Assembly: GCA_965250285.1 (NCBI GenBank)
Contig: OZ252299.1
Span: 960,001 to 1,024,000 of the forward strand
DNA from: Myxococcota bacterium
GTDB lineage: Bacteria; Myxococcota_A; UBA9160; UBA4427
Direction: 5' to 3'
DNA: 64,000 nucleotides
Program-made: the position numbers and the translations under genes
Notes under the pieces: generated by a model
What the model was told of the DNA's origin: nothing
Database searches by the model: none
What the model saw: the letters and a program-made list of their open reading frames with translations, nothing else
Shown here: in pieces, positions 58,261 to 64,000 of the stretch
How the letters are laid out: every line of letters starts with the position of its first letter
Position numbering within the stretch: the first letter of the stretch is position 1

Positions 58261-59088
58261 ATGGCGGGCTTGCAGCTCACCGGGCTCGAAGGCAAGGTCG
58301 CCGTGGTCACGGGCGCGGGTCGCATGCGCAGCATCGGTCGACCGATCGCCGTCGAGCTGGCCCGGGCCGGGTGCGATGTCGTGGTGACCGGCACCGGGCG
58401 AGCGCCCGACCAGTACCCCGAAGACGAGCGCGCCGCCGGCTGGCGGGACATCGACAGCGTCGCGGGCGAGGTGCGCGCCCTCGGTCGACGCGCGACCCCG
58501 ATCGTGAGTGACGTGGCCGACCCCGAAGCGGTCGACGCGCTCGTGGCGGCGGTGGTGGCCGAATACGGGCGGGTCGACATCGTGGTCAACAACGCTGGCG
58601 CGGCGCGAGGCGAAGACCGCCAGCCGGTCGTCGACGTCGCGCCCGAGGTCTGGCGGCGGGTGATCGACGTCAACCTGAACGGCAGCTTCTTGATGAGCCG
58701 CGCGTTCGCGCGGCGCATGATCGACCAGGGTGAGGGCGGCTCGATCGTCAACATCTCGTCGATCGGCGGCAAGATGATGCCGCCGGGCAACGCGGCCTAT
58801 GCCGCGAGCAAGGCCGGCATCCACGCGCTCACGGCCGCCATGTCGGGTGAGCTGGGTGCGCACCAGATTCGCGTGAACTCGATCTGCCCCGGCATCATCG
58901 ATACGGCGCGGCTCGACGACATGCGCGGCGAGACGTGGGATCAGGTGATCGGTCAGTACGTGCCCCTCGGGCGAGCCGGCCGCGGCGATGAGGTCGCCTG
59001 GCTGGCCGTGTACCTCTGCAGCGATCAGGGCGCGTGGATCAGTGGCCAGCTCTACAGCATCGACGGCGGGCAGCTGGCAGGGCGCTAG
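58261..59088 (+). CDS. Short-chain dehydrogenase/reductase
   Basis: TGAG...IG, NNAG, YAASK, IDGG; GAGGAG RBS. Confidence 0.94.
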   Translation: MAGLQLTGLEGKVAVVTGAGRMRSIGRPIAVELARAGCDVVVTGTGRAPDQYPEDERAAGWRDIDSVAGEVRALGRRATPIVSDVADPEAVDALVAAVVAEYGRVDIVVNNAGAARGEDRQPVVDVAPEVWRRVIDVNLNGSFLMSRAFARRMIDQGEGGSIVNISSIGGKMMPPGNAAYAASKAGIHALTAAMSGELGAHQIRVNSICPGIIDTARLDDMRGETWDQVIGQYVPLGRAGRGDEVAWLAVYLCSDQGAWISGQLYSIDGGQLAGR

Positions 59089-59163
59089 GGTTCTTCGGCG
59101 AGAGTGGGGCCGGCACACCGGGCCAGGTGCGGCCCGCATCGAAGCGAGCCATGGGGAGGCGAC

Positions 59164-59397
59164 ATGAAGGCGATCACGATTCTCTCGACCTGGGTGGCCG
59201 TGTGCGCCGCCTTCATCTTCATGGCCGGCACGCCGGGTGCGCAGGTCATCGACGCGACGGCCTGCAGCGACGCCTGTGAGCGTCGCCAGGGCGATTGCAT
59301 GCAGCAGTGCGCCGAACACCCGAACCCGATGGACTGCGAGGGCGAGTGCCGCGAACGCGCCGAGAACTGCCTCGACGCGTGTCCCGTGCCCGACTAG
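59164..59397 (+). CDS. Small secreted Cys-rich protein (four CX3C motifs)
   Basis: GGAGG RBS, signal peptide, mature part CSDAC-6-CMQQC-8-CEGEC-6-CLDAC. Confidence 0.75.
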   Translation: MKAITILSTWVAVCAAFIFMAGTPGAQVIDATACSDACERRQGDCMQQCAEHPNPMDCEGECRERAENCLDACPVPD

Positions 59398-59457
59398 CCA
59401 CGCCGCGCGGGTCGCCGACCGAGGGCCGACCCGTCTGCGCGGTCGCTCGCTCGCTCG

Positions 59458-59739
59458 TTACAGGTACTCGCAGAGGTAGGCCGACGGCGCCGTGGCGCGC
59501 ACGTCGAAGCCGCTCTCGCCGGCGACCTCGAAGGCGGTGCCGGCCAGAACCGTCATCCAGCCCGCATCGCCGTCGCGCTTGATCTCGAGCTCGCCGGTCA
59601 CGACCGTCATCCGTTCGGGGGCGGCGGTGCCGAAGTGAAACTCGCCGGCGTCGATCACGCCGACCGACATCGATCGGCCGTGGCGCTCGAACCCGACACT
59701 CTGCACTGCGTCGTCGAAGTAGGTGTTGTGCGTCAACAT
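59458..59739 (-). CDS. ppnP: Pyrimidine/purine nucleoside phosphorylase (DUF1255)
   Basis: N.YFD..V.S.GF, SVGV..G...FGT..PE.M, YLCEY. Confidence 0.92.
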   Translation of the reverse strand: MLTHNTYFDDAVQSVGFERHGRSMSVGVIDAGEFHFGTAAPERMTVVTGELEIKRDGDAGWMTVLAGTAFEVAGESGFDVRATAPSAYLCEYL

Positions 59740-59802
59740 GGCGCCGGACTCTACGCGGTCGGTCGCGGATGTAAAGCGCCGGCCGCCGTGCCTGTCGGCG
59801 TA

Positions 59803-60777
59803 TCAGTGTGCGTAGCGGGCGAGGGTGCTCTTGAGCTCGGCTTCGATCTCGGCGCGCAACGACGGGGGCTCGAGCACCTCGGCCGCGGCGCCGAACGTGA
59901 GGATCCACCTGCGCAGCTCGGTGCCGGTGCCGACCTCGAGCTCGAGCTCGACGCCGCCGTCGTCGAGCGGCTCGATCCGCTGGGTCGGATGCCACTCGCG
60001 CTCGCGAATCTCGTGGGCATGGCTCGCCGCGAAGCGAATGCAGACCCGCTCGGCGGGCTCGGCGACCACGCCGAAGCTCGATGCGGTGTACGCATCGAAG
60101 TCGAAGTCGTCGGGCACCTCGAACGCATCGCTCGTCGGCGTCGCATCGAGGATGCGGTCGACGGCGAACGTGCGGATCTCGTTCGACAGGTCGTCGTGGC
60201 CGATCACGTAGAGACCGCCCCCGTGATACCAGACGTGATACGGCGCCAGCGAGCGCGACTTCGTCTCGCCGGTGCGCCCAGTGCGGTAGGCGATCGTCAC
60301 GCGATGCCGCTGCAGAACGGCCTGGTTGAGCGTCGAGATCGCGTCGCGCTGGTCGGCGTAGCGCTTGTGGGGCCCGGGCAGCACGCGGAAGGCACCCGCC
60401 AGCTCGCCGAGAAAATCGGTCAGCTCGGGCCCCAGGCCCGCTCGAATCTTGCCGAGGGCCGAGCGGATCGAGTCGTGGAAGACCGTGCCCTCGAGCGTGC
60501 GCAGCAGATCCTCGCCGAAGGCGAGCGCGAGGATCTCGTCGGGCGTGAAGGGCACGTCGCCGAGCTTGAAGCCGTCGAGGAACCGGTAGTAGGCCTTGCC
60601 GTCGCGCTTCTCGCTCGTGACCGGGAACCCCGCGTACATCAGTGCGTCGAGATCGCGGTAGATGGTGCGTCGAACGCAGCCCAGGTCGTCGGCGAGCTCA
60701 TCGAGCCCGACGCCCGCCCGGCTCTTCGCGAGTCGCTGAATGAGCTGCCACTGGCGCGCGAGCTGATCACCCCTCAT
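59803..60777 (-). CDS. HTH-WYL-WCX transcriptional regulator
   Basis: ELADDL...RTIYRDL helix-turn-helix; LYVIG, RTFAVDRI; VLEPPSLR. Confidence 0.93.
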   Translation of the reverse strand: MRGDQLARQWQLIQRLAKSRAGVGLDELADDLGCVRRTIYRDLDALMYAGFPVTSEKRDGKAYYRFLDGFKLGDVPFTPDEILALAFGEDLLRTLEGTVFHDSIRSALGKIRAGLGPELTDFLGELAGAFRVLPGPHKRYADQRDAISTLNQAVLQRHRVTIAYRTGRTGETKSRSLAPYHVWYHGGGLYVIGHDDLSNEIRTFAVDRILDATPTSDAFEVPDDFDFDAYTASSFGVVAEPAERVCIRFAASHAHEIREREWHPTQRIEPLDDGGVELELEVGTGTELRRWILTFGAAAEVLEPPSLRAEIEAELKSTLARYAH

Positions 60778-60865
60778 ACGAGCAGGGTACCGATCCGCGG
60801 GAAGGCTCGCGACGGCTGGGTGCGCGCGGCGCCGGTCGGCCGGGGCGAAACGTCGAGTGCGACGC

Positions 60866-62131
60866 TCAGGGCGCGTCCGGCTCGGTGAAGAAGGCGGCGA
60901 GCTGGTCGCGCTTGTCTTCGGCGTCGCGGTAGCCGAGCTCGACCAGCGGTGTGGTGTAGGCCGTGTCGAACAGCAGGTACGACAGCAGGTCGGCTTCCTT
61001 GATCTCGTCGCCCGCATCGCTCGCCCGCATGAACATGCGCAGGAACGCGTTGAGCTCGAGCTCGTCGGATCGTTCGTGCATGAGCTTGCCGGCCAGGTAG
61101 CCGAGGTCGACCGAGGGCCGGATCACGAGGTCGCTAATGCGCTGAAGCGAGCGGCCGCTTCGCTCGAGGCCGACGGTGTTCATGCGCTCGAGGAAGTCGT
61201 CGCCGTACGCCTCTTCTCCATCTGAAATGATGTTGTTGATGAAGTGCATGCGCGCGAGGTCGGCGTCGACCGGCGAGAGCATCAGAGCGTTCAGCACCTT
61301 GCCGAACAGGAACATCGGGTTGCCGAAACCGGCGGTGCGCTGCTGCGCGATCGTCTCGCTCACGTTGCGCTGAATGCCGTGCGAGAGGCTGATCACCAGC
61401 ACCCGATTCGCGCCGAGGCGCACCGCGGGGGCGAGCGGCGTGTTCAGCCGCAGTCCGCCATCGGCGTAGTAGCGAGCGCCGACGCGAACGGCCGGGAAGA
61501 GCATCGGGATCGCAGCAGAGGCCAGCGCGTGGACGGGCGAGAGCCGGATCGTCTGCATGCGGATGTTGTCTTGACTCGCCCAGGGCGGCAGGGTGCGGCC
61601 CTTTTGCTGGCAAAAGACGACGGCGCGCCCAGTCGCGAGCTGAGTGGCGGCGATGCACACGCTCTCGACGCGCCCGTGGTCGAGGTTGTGCGAGATCTTC
61701 GACCACGGGATCGAGCGCAGGACGAGGTCTTCGAGCGGGCCCGTGTCGAGCAGCCCGAAGAGGCGGTCGGGGCGCTGCCCCTCGCGCAGCATGTTTGCGA
61801 CGCGCCGGACGCCGAGCAGCTTGCGCGGAATGCCGAGCAGGTCGCCCGCGCCGAATCGGAAGACCTCGTCGACCTGGAGCTCTTCCCAGATCTTCACGAG
61901 GCGTTCGCCGCGCCCCTCCGACTCGTCGGCCGTCGCCGCGATGAACGCCGCGTGGATCGCGCCCACCGAGGTGCCGCACACGATTTCGAAGTGCGGCTGC
62001 ACGCCCATGTGGTCGGGCAACTCGTCGAGGATGTACTTGAGCGCACCCGCCTCGTAGGCGCCGCGCGCGCCCCCGCCCGAGAGCACGATGGCTCTCTTCG
62101 GAGGCAGGTGACCGGGGACGGATCGGGTCAA
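60866..62131 (-). CDS. Patatin-like phospholipase
   Basis: SGGGARGAY, GTSVG, ASAAIP, DGG. Confidence 0.94.
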   Translation of the reverse strand: MTRSVPGHLPPKRAIVLSGGGARGAYEAGALKYILDELPDHMGVQPHFEIVCGTSVGAIHAAFIAATADESEGRGERLVKIWEELQVDEVFRFGAGDLLGIPRKLLGVRRVANMLREGQRPDRLFGLLDTGPLEDLVLRSIPWSKISHNLDHGRVESVCIAATQLATGRAVVFCQQKGRTLPPWASQDNIRMQTIRLSPVHALASAAIPMLFPAVRVGARYYADGGLRLNTPLAPAVRLGANRVLVISLSHGIQRNVSETIAQQRTAGFGNPMFLFGKVLNALMLSPVDADLARMHFINNIISDGEEAYGDDFLERMNTVGLERSGRSLQRISDLVIRPSVDLGYLAGKLMHERSDELELNAFLRMFMRASDAGDEIKEADLLSYLLFDTAYTTPLVELGYRDAEDKRDQLAAFFTEPDAP

Positions 62132-62153
62132 GGTTGGGTCGGATTCGTCGAGG

Positions 62154-62720
62154 CTACTTGCTCACCCGCTCCGAGTACTCTCCGGTGCGCGTGTCGATTC
62201 GGAGCACGTCGCCCTCCTCGATGAAGAGCGGCACGTTCAGCGTGAAGCCCGTCTCGACCGTGGCCGGCTTCAGCGCCCCCGAGCTCGTGTCTCCCTTCAC
62301 GCCAGGGTCCGACTTGGTGACCGTCGCTTCGATGTAGTTCGGCAGCTCGATGTTCACGGGCTTGCCCTTCCAGAAGAGCACCTCGACGTTCATGTTCTCC
62401 ATCAGGAAGTTCGTAGCATCGCCGAGCACGTCGCCGCCGATCGGAATCTGATCGTAGGTGTCCGCGTCCATGAAGATCAGGTCACTCCCGTCATGGTAGA
62501 GGTACTGCATCTTGCGCTCTTCGACGTCGGCCTCGGGCGCCTTCTCGCCGCTGCGGAAGGTGCGCTCGAGCACGCGACCGTTCAGCAGGTTCTTGACCTT
62601 GGTGCGCACGAACGCGCCGCCCTTGCCGGGCTTCACGTGCTGGAAGTACACGATCGTGAAGGGCTGGCCGTCGAGCTCGATCTTCAGGCCGTTCTTGAAC
62701 TGGGACGTATCTACCGCCAT
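62154..62720 (-). CDS. efp: Elongation factor P
   Basis: HVKPGKGGAFVRTK, PGVKGDT, DTRTGEY. Confidence 0.98.
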   Translation of the reverse strand: MAVDTSQFKNGLKIELDGQPFTIVYFQHVKPGKGGAFVRTKVKNLLNGRVLERTFRSGEKAPEADVEERKMQYLYHDGSDLIFMDADTYDQIPIGGDVLGDATNFLMENMNVEVLFWKGKPVNIELPNYIEATVTKSDPGVKGDTSSGALKPATVETGFTLNVPLFIEEGDVLRIDTRTGEYSERVSK

Positions 62721-62844
62721 GGGATTCCCTTGAGATTCTGCGGGGTTGTGAGGCGGCGGGAGGATAGCGGGTCGCGTTCGGGCGCGCCCGGCTCGGGCCC
62801 GCGCGAACGCGGCGACGGGCCCCCGATCGGGCGGGCCGTTTCGC

Positions 62845-63846
62845 TCAGATCGGACGCGCTTCGAGCGCCGGGCCCGTGGCGTCCGGTCCAGCGAGCTCGA
62901 TCCGCCAGGCCGGCTCGAAGCCGAGCTCGGTGCGGGCGCGCGTCGTGTCGAGGCTCACGCCGTAGCGCTGGTGGGGCGACTCGACGAGATCCGCCAGCGC
63001 ACGGGCACCCAATCGACCGAGGCCCTGGCCGAGCAGCGAGAGCAGCGGCGCGGGGACCGGCAACGTCTGCGTGCCGCGCGCGCGGTCGAGCATCGACAAC
63101 GGCACACACTGATCACTGGCGACGTTGAAGACCCCCCGCGCCCCGAGATGCAGGGCGTGCATTGCCGCCTGGACGACGTCGTGGTCGACGACGAGTGGGC
63201 ACATCGGGTCGAAGCCGGCGGTACGCATCGACAGCGGTCCCGCATCGAAGGGGGCCAACAGCACTTCGCCCTCGCTCGTGAGCACCGTGGCGAGGCGGAG
63301 CAGCGCCACGCAGAGCGTCGGGTGATGCACTTCGGCGTGGATCATCATGTCGCAGTCGACCCAGCAGCGAAGATGCGCGGGCCAGTCGGGGCTGAGCGCC
63401 AGCGGTGCGTGCTCGTCGAGTCGATGGGCATTGCCGGCGGGCAGCGCATAGGCCGCCATGCTGCCCAGAGCGACGAGCTGTCGTACGGCGGCGTGCTCGA
63501 GGCTCTGCTCGAGCACGAGCCGGGTCTCGACCGTGCGGGGAGGGACGTCTGCCAGCCAGGGGCGGCCGCGGTCATCGCGATTCGAGAGGCGGGGCAGCAG
63601 CAGCACCGCGTCGGGCTCGGTCTTCGCGAAGAGCTCGGCGACGTCGCGTGGCTTCGAGAGGTCGGCCTCGTGGTGGCAGAACCGATCGGGCGCGTGGGCG
63701 AAGCGGTGCTCGAAGGGGGGCTCCGCACCAGGCGGGCCCACCGTATCGAGGCGTTCGACCGACGGGTCCTCCATGAGCCGAAGCGCGAGACTGCGTCCGA
63801 GCGGCTCGTCCGCATGGGTGACGAGGACCCGACGCCGCGCGCTCAC
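62845..63846 (-). CDS. NAD-dependent epimerase/dehydratase-like protein with degenerate motifs
   Basis: Extended-SDR layout (VLVT...LG, GS.AAY, LR, GVFNVA, LGFEP) but lacks canonical TGxxGxxG and YxxxK. Confidence 0.7.
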   Translation of the reverse strand: MSARRRVLVTHADEPLGRSLALRLMEDPSVERLDTVGPPGAEPPFEHRFAHAPDRFCHHEADLSKPRDVAELFAKTEPDAVLLLPRLSNRDDRGRPWLADVPPRTVETRLVLEQSLEHAAVRQLVALGSMAAYALPAGNAHRLDEHAPLALSPDWPAHLRCWVDCDMMIHAEVHHPTLCVALLRLATVLTSEGEVLLAPFDAGPLSMRTAGFDPMCPLVVDHDVVQAAMHALHLGARGVFNVASDQCVPLSMLDRARGTQTLPVPAPLLSLLGQGLGRLGARALADLVESPHQRYGVSLDTTRARTELGFEPAWRIELAGPDATGPALEARPI

Positions 63847-64000
63847 GGTGCGGCGGCCCGAGGTGGGGTGCGGGTGTGTGTGTCCGGTGGCGTGCCGGTC
63901 GTCGCGTGGGCGTTGATCAGCCCCTGCACCCGACGCCGAACGCGATCGGCGAGTCGCTTCACGTCGCCCGCATCATCGCACGTGCCTTCGGGCTCGACGG
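63843..64000 (-). CDS. 3' end of a gene cut by the window edge, possibly a PlsC-like acyltransferase
   Basis: Reads ...DVKRLADRVRRRVQGLI...RAAAP*; its TGA overlaps the GTG of the next gene (GTGA). Product call is weak. Confidence 0.45.
   Translation of the reverse strand, partial: VEPEGTCDDAGDVKRLADRVRRRVQGLINAHATTGTPPDTHTRTPPRAAAP

Noticed and set aside
59803..62131. WYL plus patatin as a CBASS-like defence island
   Set aside because: No CD-NTase, Cap2/Cap3, nuclease or mobility genes; flanked by efp and ppnP with ordinary-looking codon usage.

Overview
A GC-rich (~70% by eye), gene-dense bacterial chromosome segment. The gene content (PEP-CTERM proteins, P450s, patatin, WYL regulator, ferritin-like diiron protein) suggests Myxococcota or another 'deltaproteobacterial' lineage, but that is inference. 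Recognisable housekeeping genes (asd, argC, pgi, gltA, yciH, ppnP, efp) are mixed with several accessory blocks: (i) a PEP-CTERM surface-protein cluster at 0.4-6.1 kb; (ii) two P450-centred catabolic clusters; (iii) an ECF sigma/anti-sigma/Spy-like triad; (iv) an envelope cluster with an orphan TssJ-like lipoprotein; (v) a two-partner secretion pair with a ~2,700-aa TpsA; (vi) a TetR-diiron-SDR unit. I saw no tRNA, rRNA, CRISPR array, transposase or integrase. The strongest leads are: two PEP-CTERM paralogs joined in one ORF because the first has GAG where the second has TAG; a TpsA with an unrecognised degenerate internal repeat and an unrecognised basic C-terminal domain; the orphan TssJ; a lipoprotein whose Ig-like domain appears split by an inserted propeller; two cases of tandem duplication of a gene 3' end including its stop codon; and a multi-hairpin non-coding stretch at 29-185. 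All family calls come from motif recognition by eye; no database search was run. Many start codons were moved from the ORF track and are approximate.
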